Part shown: positions 1 through 12,339 of the stretch, piece by piece
How positions within the stretch are numbered: the first letter of the stretch is position 1
Layout: each line of letters opens with the position of its first letter
Assembly: GCA_965235115.1 (NCBI GenBank)
Contig: OZ249436.1
Coordinates: 17,176,001-17,240,000 of the forward strand
Reading direction: 5' to 3'
DNA from: Laetmonice hystrix
Taxonomy: Eukaryota
DNA length: 64,000 nt
Position numbers and translations under genes: made by a program
The notes under the pieces: generated by a model
Seen by the model: the letters and a program-made list of their open reading frames with translations, nothing else
Database searches by the model: none
Told to the model about the DNA's origin: nothing

Positions 1-494
1 AAAAAATAGTGTTTATGTGTCAGGGGCAGACCCAGGAGGTTTTCAACTACTTTCTGCATGGAAACCATTAAGCACTTAACTTTTCAATATTTACTCAGAG
101 GGCATGCCTCGATCCTCTGACCCGCCCCGTAGGGACACCCAGCCCAGTCAAACACCAGTTCTGGGTTCAGCCCCTGTGTGTGTACATGTATAATTATAAT
201 TCATTATCTGTTAAACTGAAAACCATACCTTCCAACTGCACTTAAAGGCGGAATGAACATGATGACTATGAAAAGAAGCAGGGACTCTTATAAAATCATT
301 CACAGTATAGTTCATGCTAATTGTGTGCTTTTACACTCAGGTTTATATTGACAATATGAACCGTGCATATCTCTCCACATCACAACAATAATTTATTTTT
401 GTCTTGGCTGGGTTTACAAGGGATTTTCAGCCACTCAGCGCTATGTAAGTATAATGATAACTACCAACACTGGTCTGACACCAGTAATACAGGA

Positions 495-745
495 TACAAA
501 CCAAGATATATCCCTCTTTACATAAACCATGAAATATGGGCCACTTTATGTAAACCAAGATGTCCCATTTTACGTAAACAAGGACGTCCCACTTTGTGTA
601 AACCAAGATATGTAAACCAAGATGTCACACTTTACGTAAACCAGGATGTCCCACTTTATGTTCAAACCAAGATGTCCTTCTTTATGTAAACCAGGATGTC
701 CCACATGGTGTAAACCAAGATGTTCCACTTGATGTAATCCAAGTA
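495..745. repeat. Minisatellite, ~24-bp unit (aaaccaagatgtcccactttatgt)
   Basis: About 10 degenerate tandem copies visible; accounts for ORFs 363..689 and 570..752. Confidence 0.85.
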
Positions 746-1921
746 GTCTCACTTAATGTCTCCGTTTTCTAAGTAAACTGTATCATTCAGGAGTGAAATC
801 TATAAACACTGGGATATAATTTCCAAGGGACACTATTAAAATCATCAAATGGATCGAGACTCCCAACTTATCACGTCAAATAGGATTCGATTCAGCTTAC
901 ATGATAACATTGTGTTAGAGCAAATTATCATGGTAGCCCGAGTTGATGCTCTCACCATATTGTAGGACGACCTTACATGCTGTGTGTATGACTCTCAGTA
1001 GTACGTTTAAATCAATAACAAACAAATCGGATCTCAACTATTAAAGGTACAGCATGCCTTTTGGTGAAGTCGCCAAAAATCTTGTATTAGACGTTCAGAA
1101 CGATTTCGCGACTTCATGGATTCTTTTTGTTAGTTATTGGTTTTCACTCTGCAAAGTTTGGTGTCGTCTCTGTAAGGATGTGTTATAATTAAACTGGGCT
1201 TTGTATAAGTTGACATTTCTCATCCTAAAGTCTTCTATATCTCATCGTAATGTAAGTATCCTTAGTGAATACACGCGTAGTAACAACCACAGTTATGTAA
1301 CGTAAGTTACACACCCACAGTAAACCATGTGTAGTTTGTACTCCACACAACTTGAGTGGTCACGGTGTATCGTAGAACAGTGATCTCAAGTCATCGGGTC
1401 AAGGGCGTGTTTCAAAGTGTTATTCCTTGGCCAAGCTGCCCCATAGAGACCCTAACCTTCACTTAAATCACCATACCATTGCAGACGGGTACTGTCATTG
1501 TGTTTTAATGTCACAGTAAAAATAACAAAATATATAAAACTAAAAGTCACAGCGACGCCATTCTCACTGTGTTGGTATCACAATTTAATATATTAACGTG
1601 TAGGACAGATGAGTGTTTTCATTGAATTATGCAGAATATTGTATAATGATACGATTATTGTAGTTTGTATGAAGATTTAAGTTGACTGTACACAGAATTA
1701 AATTAAAAAGTTTTTTTCCCTTTAAAAATTACAAACGTTACTTAACGTACTTTGGCCACCTGGCAATTCAAGCAAAAGCTTGATATATTTATTAATAATG
1801 AAAGTGGAGAAACAAGTTAGAGATTATAATGAAGATTTGTTGTGTTGGTGTTACTATAGCCTTCCTCTACGCCGGCATCGCGCCAAGTAAGTACACAGTC
1901 TTATTGGTCGGTTCCATTGAG

Positions 1922-1935
1922 GTTACCATGGCAAC
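1922..1935. promoter_or_regulatory. RFX X-box motif GTTACCATGGCAAC
   Basis: Near-perfect palindromic X-box consensus (GTTNCCATGGNAAC), upstream of the first visible exon of a ciliary dynein gene. Confidence 0.5.
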
Positions 1936-1994
1936 CGGGGGCACTTCTATCCTTAACTTAGCTGCGTGGTGGTTGGTGGTTGGATCAGTTACCC

Positions 1995-2400
1995 GAGCTA
2001 CCCAACAAGAGTTGACCCTAAATCTGATGGCCCAGCTTGACAGGTGGTTGGGTCAGTTACCCTAGCTACCTAAGAGTTGACCCTAAATCTGATGGTCCGA
2101 CTGGACAGGTGGTTGGGTCAGTTACCATAGCTACCCAATTTAAGAGTTGACCCTAAATCTGATGGCCCAGCTTGACAGGTGTTTGGGCCAGTTACCATAC
2201 TAGCTACCCAAGAGTTGACCCTAAATCTGATGGTCCGTCTTGACAGGTGGTTGGGTCAGTTACCATAGCTACCCAAGAGTTGACCCTAAATCTGATGGTC
2301 TGTCTTGACAGGTGGTTGGGTCGGTTACCATAGCTATCCAAGAGTTGACCCAAAATCTGATGGTCCAACTGAACAGGTGGTTGGGCCAGTTACCCAAGAG
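1995..2400. repeat. Minisatellite, ~65-bp unit (aagagttgaccctaaatctgatggtcc...gacaggtggttgggtcagttaccatagctac)
   Basis: About 6 tandem copies; agagttgacc recurs at 2211, 2276 and 2341. Confidence 0.9.
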
Positions 2401-2632
2401 GGAATTAAATTGTAGACAACACTGTTATAGAAATGCATTGTCGGGCACTTTATCACCAGAACTTTATAGGGCGTAGCCTATAGGTGGGTATTCTATGTTT
2501 TCTTATAGGGGTCACACAAAAGGAACGTGAATGAAGCCCTTGTCATTATCTTTGATTCCCCGCCATGTGTCACCTATAATATTTACCACGTGTCACTGAT
2601 TCCACATGTCACTGATTCTACGTCGCCCACAG

Positions 2633-2791
2633 GAGGGTGGAGCAGAGGACCATGAGGAACAGGATGATGAAGACCTGGTAGGGAATGCTGAGAAAGATTT
2701 CTACCACATCATCGAGCTGGAGAAGAAGAAACAAGATGCCGTGGCGGCCAGTCGTGAGGAGGATGGCGCGGAGAAGATGGACTCTAGGAAG
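2633..2791 (+). CDS. DNAI2: Axonemal dynein intermediate chain 2-like, near-terminal coding exon
   Basis: cag|GAG...AAG|gtaggt, phase 0/0; EGGAEDHEEQDDEDLVGNAEKDFYHIIELEKKKQDA resembles the DNAI2 C-terminal L-V-x-x-A-E-x-x-F-[FY]-x-I-I-x-x-E-x-K-K motif as I recall it. Upstream WD40 exons are not in the window. Confidence 0.7.
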
Positions 2792-2864
2792 GTAGGTACC
2801 ATGTGATGAGCCAACTGTTATAGATGTTTCCGCTCTGGACAGAATCTTCTGTAGCAACTGTCTT

Positions 2865-3255
2865 TAACTTGACCTGCTCATTATGTATCGTCGACTTGAC
2901 GTGGTAGCTCATAGCATGCCATCGACTTGACCTGGTAACTCGTAGGGTGTCGTCGACTTGACCTGGTAGCTCATAGGGTGTCGTCAACTTGACCTGCTAT
3001 GCTAGCTCATAGCATGTCGTTGACTTGACCTGCTAGCTCATAGCATGTTGTCGACTTGACCTGCTAGCTCATAGCATGTTTACTTGACCTGGTAGCTCAT
3101 GGGGTGTTGTCGACTTGACCTGCTAGCTCTTAGCATGTCAACGACTTGACTTGCTAGCTCATAGGGTGTCATCAAATTGAACAGCTAACTCAGAGGGTGT
3201 CGTTGACTTGACCAGCTAGCTCATAACATGTCGTCGACTTGACCTGGTAGTTCTT
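2865..3255. repeat. Minisatellite, ~31-bp unit (gacttgacctgctagctcatagcatgtcgtc)
   Basis: About 12 degenerate tandem copies in the DNAI2-like intron. Confidence 0.9.
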
Positions 3256-3355
3256 AGCGCATACATCATGAGCCTCCTGTTTACATTTCTGTTTCAATCT
3301 CCTGCTTTCCCTCCGTTGTGTGTTAATAACTGCACTGGTTGACCTTCTGCTCCAG

Positions 3356-3394
3356 GCCTCACCAATCACGGAGGAGGCAGAGGAGAACGGACAG
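3356..3394 (+). CDS. DNAI2: DNAI2-like short acidic exon (ASPITEEAEENGQ)
   Basis: tccag|GCC...CAG|gtaact, 39 bp, phase 0/0; acidic tail consistent with DNAI2. Confidence 0.6.
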
Positions 3395-3989
3395 GTAACT
3401 ATGAAAGTTTGACGTTATTATAATCTAAATAAATCTGGCACTCACTTCATACACAGCACCAGCAGCAGGGCGACCAGTAGGCCTACTTAGAGGCACCAGA
3501 TCAATCGGGGGATTCAACTACAGACAGGAATTTAGGACCATGAAACTCTACTCATATTGTATCTGTTACCTGGTCTGGCCAACCAGCGTGTTACATAAAT
3601 CTTTGTTCACAGAAAAATGGGAAACGGTCTGTGGCCCTGTTATCCGTGTTGATTCATTACATTATTAATAATTTTGCTATATTCCTTGCTTTTACTTATG
3701 AAGAGACCATTTAGGTTTTGATGTGGAGTAAAGTAAGTGTTATAGAGTTATATAGGTAAAAACACACCTTGATCAATTTTATCCTCAGAGATTATACAGA
3801 TCGTATGCTCCAGTTGTCATGCACACACACACACACACATCACATGTCTGAATGTTTTCAACAGGTTGATTATACATGTATCTCATTGTCTCGTTGATTA
3901 TTTCTCATTGTCAGTGCACACCTGTATAGCTTTCATTTTTAGTGCACACTCATGTGGCTTTACAATACATGAGTTTTTAAAAATATATT

Positions 3990-4655
3990 TTAACGGTTCT
4001 CGCTCCATGTATAACTTATTGAACCCCCCCGATATATTTTTCTCACTCCATGTATATTAACTTATTGATCCTCTGATTTATTTCATGGTTCTCACCCCAT
4101 GTATATTAACTTTTTTTTTTTTTTTTATGTATTAACTTATTGATCCTCTGATTTATTTCATGGTTCTCACTCCATGTATAACTTATTGATCCCCTGATTT
4201 ATTTAATGGTTCTCACTCCATGTATAACTTATTGATCCCCTGATTTATTTAACGGTATCGGTCTATGCATAACTTATTCATCCCCTGATTTATTTAACGG
4301 TTCTTGTTCCACGCATAACTTATTGATCCCCTGATTTATTTAACGGTTCTCGCTCCATGCATAACTTATTGATCCTCTGATTTATTTCATGGTTCTCACT
4401 CCATGTATAACTTATTGATCCCCTGATATATTTAACGGCCTCACTCCATGTATAACTTATTTATTCCCTGATTTATTTAACGGTATCGCTCCATGCATAA
4501 CTTATTGATCCCCTGATTTATTTAACGGTTCTCACTCCATGTATAACTTACTTATCCCCTGACTTATTTAAGGGTTCTCGCTCCATGTATAACTTATTTA
4601 TCCCTGATATATTTAACAGTTCTCGCTCCATGTATAACTTATTGATGCCCTGATT
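3990..4655. repeat. Minisatellite, ~46-bp unit (aacttattgatcccctgatttatttaacggttctcactccatgtat)
   Basis: About 14 tandem copies ending just before the acceptor at 4678. Confidence 0.9.
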
Positions 4656-4678
4656 TACCACCTGTTTCTGTTGGGCAG

Positions 4679-4684
4679 ATTTAA
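4679..4684 (+). CDS. DNAI2: DNAI2-like terminal exon coding part (ATT TAA), followed by 3' UTR
   Basis: ctgtttctgttgggcag|ATTTAA, phase 0; AATAAA near 4973 and 5353. Confidence 0.45.
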   Translation: M

Positions 4685-6245
4685 GACGAGGCGGATCGTA
4701 AAGGAGGAGGAGGACAGATTACCTGGTTACTCACCAACCCCCTTACCCCCTACCGACCCCCCACCACATCATCGACTTCAGAGGATGGCAACACACACCT
4801 CAGACAAACGACTTTGACAAAATCAGATGGCGGCTAGCCACGTGGCTTCATCTGGTCACACACAGCAGATGGCGGGTGACCACGTGGGTACATGGTTCAC
4901 ACACAACAGATAGCAGGTGACCAACATCTGTTCAAACACTGTACCAGCCCGTAACCACGTGGCCACGCCACCAATAAACCATCCGTCCAAGTGACTCGCC
5001 CCTCGCCCCTCCCCCTCCCAGCCGTGAAACTTGAAGGGGGGAAGTTTGTTAGAATACGTGCTGTATAACGGTGAATGATGATCCTAGAACTCACACGGAC
5101 CTGAACATGGAGATAATTAATTTATTGGGATAGATGATTGCACATGAAAGAATGTGTTGGTTCGCATTGTGTCCATTCTTCATTCACTGAATGAAAAGTT
5201 TATCAAATGTCTATTTGATTGTTCTTTAATGTTTTATTGTTTACTTCTCACAACCGTTTCGGTTACTGTCTAGATGTTATTAGCCGAACGCCATTTACTT
5301 AGAATCATGGAGTTGGTTAGAGTCGTTCAACCGTACGTTTTTGAAGATATTGAATAAACACACCTGTAGAAGCCGTTTGTATGAACACTGTATGGTTGTA
5401 GTGGTGCTCGCCGACCTAGGGTCAGTCCGTCCATCAGTCCGCCAGGCTGTAGGGGCAGGCAGTCAGTCAGTCAGTTAGTCTGCCCGTCCATTTGTCAGTC
5501 AGTACCTTGCAGGGGTCATTGTGCCTGCTCTGGGTTTATACATGCATATATTTTTGTGTTGTAATGTGATGAAATGGATATCTTGTGTATATATTATGGA
5601 TAATAAAAATATGAATTATCAGCCGAATATATGTCAGGGGAGTTGATTTTTGTCTGGTAGTAGTTGGTGTGATTTGGCAGCGTAAAAACTAGGCGTCACC
5701 TTGCATATAAAGGACCATGTCATAATGAACAGAATAAGCCTATCGGGCCAAATAATCGATCCACATCTCATCTGGCATCCACTGGATTAGGCCTCAATAA
5801 ACGGGCCTGTCGGAGAAAATTCAAAATCGGGCACATATCCAGGACTTATTTTGGAGGTGTAACAAAATCGCCTTTTTGTCGCTAAGGGGCTTAGTAGAGG
5901 GAATCCGCCAGGGGGCTCTGATGCCAGGACACCAGGGGGCTCTGTAGTCGGGACTATGATGTCATGGTTAAGTTTAGGTTTGTGATTCATAGGCGGAGGG
6001 GAGAACCTGTTCATTAATGACCACAGAGATTGGGACATTCCATAGATAATAGGGTCCCACGGTATTGTAAACATCATTAGGTAGTTGGGGTGCGTAGCTA
6101 AAGTTGGGCCGCCCGTGCATAGTTGAGGGTTAATAGGCTAAATAACACGCAGTTTGTAATGATTATAACAGCTTAGGGCCTTAAGGTTAAGTGAAACACC
6201 GGTCATACCGTACAAAATGGTCCTTTCCAGACATAGTCAGTAATA

Positions 6246-8660
6246 TTGTTGCTGTTTGATTTATTGGCAGGACACAGGAATCTGTTTGCACAGAGTGACA
6301 TGGAGTTGGGAAAAACAGACTTAGTTAAGATGACTATTGACACGCAAGGTCATAGTCCCATTCGTCAAGCACCCTATCGGGTGCCGCTGACTCGGAAGGC
6401 AGTTATTGGTGAACAGGTGGACTCCATGTTGGATGCTGGCGTTATTAGACCCTCTGCCAGTCCTTGGTCTAGTCCAGTGGTGATAGTTCCCAAGAAGGAT
6501 GGGACACTTAGATTTTGTGTTGATTACAGGAAGTTGAATAATATCACGGTAAAAAATAGTTATCCACTTCCGCGAATTGAGGACATCTTTGATACACTGG
6601 GGAGGTCAAAGGTCTATTCGTCCTTAGACCTAAAAAGTGGCTATTGGCAAATAGAGGTCGATGAAACTGATAAGGAGAAGACCGCGTTCACATGTCATCG
6701 TGGTTTGTTCGAATAACAAAATGCCATTCGGATTATGCAATGCTCCGGCTGTATTCCAAAACATCATGAATATTGTGCTGCAGGGAGTAGATTACGCAAA
6801 GGCGTACATCGATGATATTTTGGTGGTCTCGGAGACCTTTGAGGATCATATCCAACACCTGGCCGATGTCTTTGATCGTTTGGAACAAGCTGGGTTGAAA
6901 TTAAAGTTGAAGAAATGCGATTTTGTAAAATCTAAAATTAAATACTTAGGCCATGTTGTCTCGCCCGAGGGAGTGGCACCTAATGAGGATAATATCAAAG
7001 CCATAAAGTGTTTGGCAACGCCATCTAGTGTGAGGGAGGTGCGCTCCTTCCTTGGAGCAGCTGGATATTATAGAAGGTTCATCAAGGACTATGCCAAGGT
7101 AGCACAACCCCTCACCGCATTGACGAAGAAAAACATGCGGTTTCAGTGGAATAAGGAAGCACAGGCTGCCTTTGACATGTTAAAGGAAAGGCTCACCACA
7201 GCTCCAATACTGGCTTATGCGGTTCCATCAAAGCCGTATAAAATGTATACGGACGCGAGCCAGTATGCGGTGGGCAGTGTTCTCACTCAGGAGTATGAGG
7301 GAGGAGACAGGGTCATCCAATACCTGTCCCATCAGCTGGGTCCGGGGCAGCAGAAATGGCCATGCATTGAGAGGGGTAGTTTGGGGGTATCGGATAGCCA
7401 ACTAGGTTATCTACAGGCCCAGGATGAAGTGATTGGGCAGTTAGTTAGGCAGCTCAAACGAGGTAACCGGACAAAGGAAAACGAACCCTATGTTCTGGAG
7501 GGGGATATACTCTACAGAGTAGCGTCCCTTGTCCAGAATGACGCTGAACTGAGACTTCAGTTGGTCATACCATCTACGATGGTTAACACCGTACTGGAGT
7601 CTTACCATGATAATTTAGGGCATTTTGGTATAGATAAAACGTACAATTGCCTGAGGATGCGATACTTTTTTCCAAATATGTACAAGGATGTGGTGACTCA
7701 TGTGCACAAATGCGTGACCTGCAATCAGAGAAAGCTGAGGAAGAAAACAACTGAGATGCAGGACATGCCGACGCCGTCATACCCATTCGAGATGGTAGGC
7801 ATAGATACGTGTGGGCCATACACTGAAACCGCCAAAAGTAACAAGTACATAATAACAATAGTTGATCATTTCTCAGGGTGGCCAGAAGCATACCCTACAG
7901 CAAATAAGAATGCTAACACAGTAGCTCAGCTATTGTTGAATGAGTTCATTCTGAGGCATGCCTGTCCGAGGCTGATTGTATCAGACCAGGGGACATAATT
8001 TTGTAATGCAGTAATTGCTAGCCTCTCTGTAGAAATGAACATACAGAGAATCAAAACGTCCCCATACCACCCGCAGAGCGATGGAAAAACTGAACGGTTC
8101 CATCGTGTCAAGAATGATTTGTTAGCCAAGGCACCTGGTCTGGAGTGGGATAAGGCACTACCGGCTGCACTGTTCGCTTATCGAACAGCTGTAATTGATA
8201 CCACCAAATATACTCCTTTCTTCATTGTCCATGGCCGGGACCCTGTCCTGCCGATGGATACCTTATTACAACCCAAAATGAAATACTTTGGGGAGGAGTA
8301 TGTGCCCACGGTATTACAAAGACTGCATCAGGCTTTTGTACAGGTAAAAAAAAACAGAAGAAAACAGGGAAAGAAACAAAGCCAGGTTGAAAGCTAAGGC
8401 CACAGCTTGTAAATTTGAGGTGGGCGACCCCATATACTATCTCAATAAGCGACTCAACCCCGATAAATGATCTAAGTTGATGTCACAGTGGCAACCTTAC
8501 TATAGGATCATAGAAAAACTTAGCCCTGTAAATTACATGATCAGAGATCAGGTGTCCGGAAAAACCAAGAAAGTGCATGTCGAAAATATTAGGATAGCTC
8601 ACCCCGAATCCCCTTGTTCACGTGTTGAAGAAAACGCGGGAACGGTTCAGGGATGATTTT
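6246..8660 (+). mobile_element. pol: Decayed Ty3/Gypsy LTR retrotransposon pol (RT - partial RNase H - integrase - GPY/F)
   Basis: RT motifs SPWSSPVVIVPKKDGTLRFCVDYRKLN, LDLKSGYWQI, MPFGLCNAPA, YIDD; RNase H start YTDAS; integrase HHCC (YHDNLGHFG...CVTC) and D,D(35)E (GIDTCGP, VSDQG, GKTERF); SKLMSQWQPYYRIIEK GPY/F motif near 8470-8520. Disrupted by a frameshift near 6715, stops at 7996 and near 8468, a frameshift near 8350, and loss of the second half of RNase H near 7372. No gag, protease or LTR pair recognised. Confidence 0.95.
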
Positions 8661-9212
8661 GAGTTAGAAGAAACGAGGGAGAGGGTCCAACCACTTAGGA
8701 TGGGAAGGATGATGGACCCTGAGGCAGCTTTGCCGGGTAGGTTGAGTGATGGGGAGCCCAATGTCACTCTTCCTGAGGTAGAGGCAGAGGTCAACGGTGA
8801 ACAAAACGTTGCCTTACCTATATAGCACTGATCCCCCTACAGACACCCCATTGGTTGTTGTTCGGAGGGACCGTGAACCGGCTATGGAGATAACTGATTC
8901 CCCAAGATCAGCCCCAGAACCCCCAGGTCCACGGTATAACCCGAGGAAGCGATTAGATAGGGAAACAGATCAAGAAACTGTTCCAAAGAGAAGTAGACTA
9001 GAGCAGGTAGGACACAGAAAACGAGCCCAAAGCGGGTCTGAAGATGAGCACGACGAGAAAAGAAGCAAAGCTGACATGAATGAAATAAGCATAGTTAAGG
9101 TAATTAGTCAAATAAGTTAACAAAAGTACGCCAATGGCTTAAGAGCAAGCTTCGCATTATGCCAGTGAGACACTAACGTAGCCTAGTATAAAACTTGGCT
9201 TATCTGTTACAG

Positions 9213-9455
9213 ATAAAGCTCCTCCCAGGTATTGTAATCGCCATAATGGCTGTGGTATTTGCCATTTGTTGCTGTGTGTGGCTAGTAAGAAAACGTTGTA
9301 AACGATATAACATATTCCAAATTGCAAAGACAGTGAGTGACCAACCCGCTCCCACCAATGGCGCTCGGGCGGGCCGGCCAGACGAGAGGATGGTCCAGAT
9401 GAAGGGCGTCGACAACCCAGCGGTCCTGACGCTAGGGACCGGGGCGTCGGAATAA
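9213..9455 (+). CDS. Small single-pass transmembrane ORF/exon in the 3' region of the Gypsy element
   Basis: IKLLPGIVIAIMAVVFAICCCVWLVRKRCKR: hydrophobic span, Cys cluster, then basic cluster; preceded by a branch-like ACTAAC (~9172) and a ttacag acceptor. Confidence 0.45.
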   Translation: MKLLPGIVIAIMAVVFAICCCVWLVRKRCKRYNIFQIAKTVSDQPAPTNGARAGRPDERMVQMKGVDNPAVLTLGTGASE

Positions 9456-9574
9456 TAGTGTCAGTCTTTGCAGATGGATGACAAAGAGTGGGCTGTGGGA
9501 GAGGCTTTACATAGAGGCCGGGGACGTGGAACGAGGCGGACGGTGTCGGCACCACAGATAACGGTGTCCATTAA

Positions 9575-10253
9575 TACCCCCATCATACTAGAAGGCGATC
9601 TAGCTGCGCTCTAGAAAATGGGCCAGATCGCCGTAGAGCGTGGATAGAGTGCTTTGAGGTCCTTCTGAGTGTCATAGGAGCGAGATAGTGTCTCCTTGGG
9701 TTGTCATATGGTCACCATGAGCGCCATTAGCGGCGACCAATTTTGAACATGCACAAAATTTACGCCGCAGGGTCGCTGTGGATCTAAAAGCGCAGTTAAA
9801 TCAGAAGCGATCACCATCAGCGTCCTAGGAGCGCAGTAGGCCTACTAGATTCCTGAGAGCGCAGGTCGAGCACCAGTGAACGGTGTAGCATCGGCCTTCC
9901 CGTCCCATGGCGCTGGCCCGGCGCTCTTACCACGATGCTACCGAGACCTCGGTGACCCCAATGAGCCCTTTACACGCTCCGCACGGTGCTGCCGCTGCGC
10001 TCATGACGTCAGAGCTGCGTTCTTGCTGCGCAGTGAGCGCAGTGTGATCGTATAGGACGTGGTAGCAACGCAATACGAGGTGGTAGGGACGGCCTAAATT
10101 GTCCGAGAATTGCATTTTTCCACGTCGTGGCAGCAGGGTGGGAGCGGCATTGCAGTCACACTTGGAGCGGTTTTCTGATGTTGACGGCGACCAACGGCGA
10201 TCTGCGAGGTCGCCATGGTAGCCGTAAGGTCTTTATCCAGTGTGATGGGGGTA
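9575..10253. mobile_element. Non-autonomous DNA transposon (MITE), possibly PIF/Harbinger-like, nested in the Gypsy tail
   Basis: TIRs tacccccatcatactag / ccagtgtgatgggggta, with TTAA on both sides (9571-9574, 10254-10257). Superfamily is uncertain. Confidence 0.8.
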
Positions 10254-12339
10254 TTAACGACTGGGGGCACCGGGGCAACGAGGAAAATACCCATGACCTT
10301 CTGGGACTACCGAGGCAACGAGAGAGTGCGCGCAACCGACCTTGAACTGATGCGTCCTTGGGGTGGACGGCCTTGAGGTGACGACGTGATGGTCTCGTGA
10401 ACATTGACAATTCCTTGCCTCCTTTGTGATTTCATAGAAGTGGGCTGGCAAGCGGTCCTGTCGTGGGCATCAGTGAACTATGACTTCTGATAATGAGTTC
10501 GCGGACAATGCATTTTGCTAGGTTCATGGAAACACCTTACCATATACTTCTAGCCATACTATACTCTTGGAAGTTGGATGATGCTTAGAATTCAATCACC
10601 TAACTCTTGTTCAGAGCGGAACCGGTCGAGATAGACAGCCTTAGGCCTACTGCAGTGCCAGTGTGTTGTTACACGAACGGTAGTTCGGTGTATTAAGAAC
10701 CGTTCGGTAGTAGTAGAGTGAAGTAGTAACTATGATGTTACAAGTTAATTTAGCAGGCAGGCTTTATGTATTTTATTTTGAGGTTGAGTGGCGATGTAGA
10801 ACTTAGTGCTTGGGGATACTTAAGTTGGTAGTAGTTATTATAATTTAGTATGAGGAAACCGCTTACGTAACTGAAGTATAAGGTGACTTTGTAGGTTAAA
10901 AACAAGGGTAAAAGAAAGGGACTTCTTTTCTGAAGGATGGGAGGTGTAACAAAGTCACCTTTTCTACTAAAGTCCGACCCCACTTGGTTACAGAGGAAAA
11001 GTGTATCTTTTTAAAAAGTGGACTATTATTTTTTGTTCTTTCCTGGAAACTGTCATGAAAAAACCTTTTCTGCATATCTTTTTCCATGAGTATCGTCCTC
11101 TTCCATTGTGGGGGGGGGGGGGGGGGTCGACCTCCTACCCCTTCGACCCCCCCCCCCCCCACTTCCCCTGCTCCTCCGTGGCTACGGGCCTGACGATATT
11201 CATAGATATCTTATAACAAAAATCCCCTGTGGTTATGTGAAGGTGAGATCGGTCAAGCACGAGCCTGCAGATAGGCTAAATTTTAGTGGAAGGACAAAGG
11301 AAGCAGACAGTGCACGGCTATAGTTTCCAGTAGCGCCCCCCCCCCCCCCATGAATGTAGGAAGGGATACCCCCCCCCCCCCCCGACATATGAATATAGAG
11401 AGGGCTATAGGACTTGACAGCTCGTACAATGTCAGTTACTGGAGTTTGTTGTCAGTTTTACCGACTGGGAAACACTCATTTAATTTATGTTAAAATTTAT
11501 ATTATTGTGCATATTTCAAGCACGTGTAGAAAGACATATAGAAGGAAACTCCAGTATGGGATACACATTAAGATGATTAAACCTAGAGCTTCAACTTTTC
11601 CTTCCAAAAGTTTATGTGATCATAGTAAAGAGGAAAGATATTAGTTCAGTCACAGATCTGAATTGTGAAACAGCATTTATTGACCAAGTGGATTTACATG
11701 TAGATATTTTCTGCCAAATCTGATGAAAACGTTAGAATATCTTCCTGTATAATTATCACAGGAAGAGTGTCGTCTACTAGATTTGATGACGGTAACATAA
11801 ACGGGAGAAGAATGTCGCTATAATAAACTGTATCCTTCTCAAATATCAATATATATATAAACAATCTTAAATAAGCACTCCATTTTTGCACGTAAGTACC
11901 AGATCTTTCTTTGCGTATTTTATTCAACAGATCTTTCATGCTACCTAAAGTCCAAACGCCCAAATTGCCGCCGTTCTCTGCCAGATTTAGCCCATTAACC
12001 ACCTAGCGGTAACTGGCTGTACTTCAATCAGACACGAACCGTCTGCGTTCAGTGACTGCATAGACTCTATTTCTGCATAGATTGTGTAGATTCTACATAT
12101 ATCAGGACAGGCTCAAGCCGTACTATACAAACTGGGCAAATTTTAAATATATTCTGACACAAAGACCAAGTGCTCATAATGTTTCAAAAGCATGACATCA
12201 TTGTGATTTTACCGGTACTTTGTTTTCTTTAAAACGGTGTAATGTTTCAAGTGGTAAATATATGATGACACCCATAAAATACTCAAAACGTTTAAATGTC
12301 TGGGAATTAGAAATGAAATGAATAGAGTCTCAGATTGTG

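Noticed and set aside
900..1030. Possible SINE tail (also ~29020-29190)
   Set aside because: Only a vague A-rich tail; no clear tRNA-derived A/B boxes recognised.
10258..10375. Tudor-like string MTFWDYRGNERVRATDL in an alternative frame of the Gypsy tail
   Set aside because: Short, in a different frame from the open spliced frame, and lacks the N-terminal half; too weak without an HMM search.
5400..10900. LTR pair, PBS and PPT for the Gypsy element
   Set aside because: No direct-repeat pair or clear PPT could be identified by eye.
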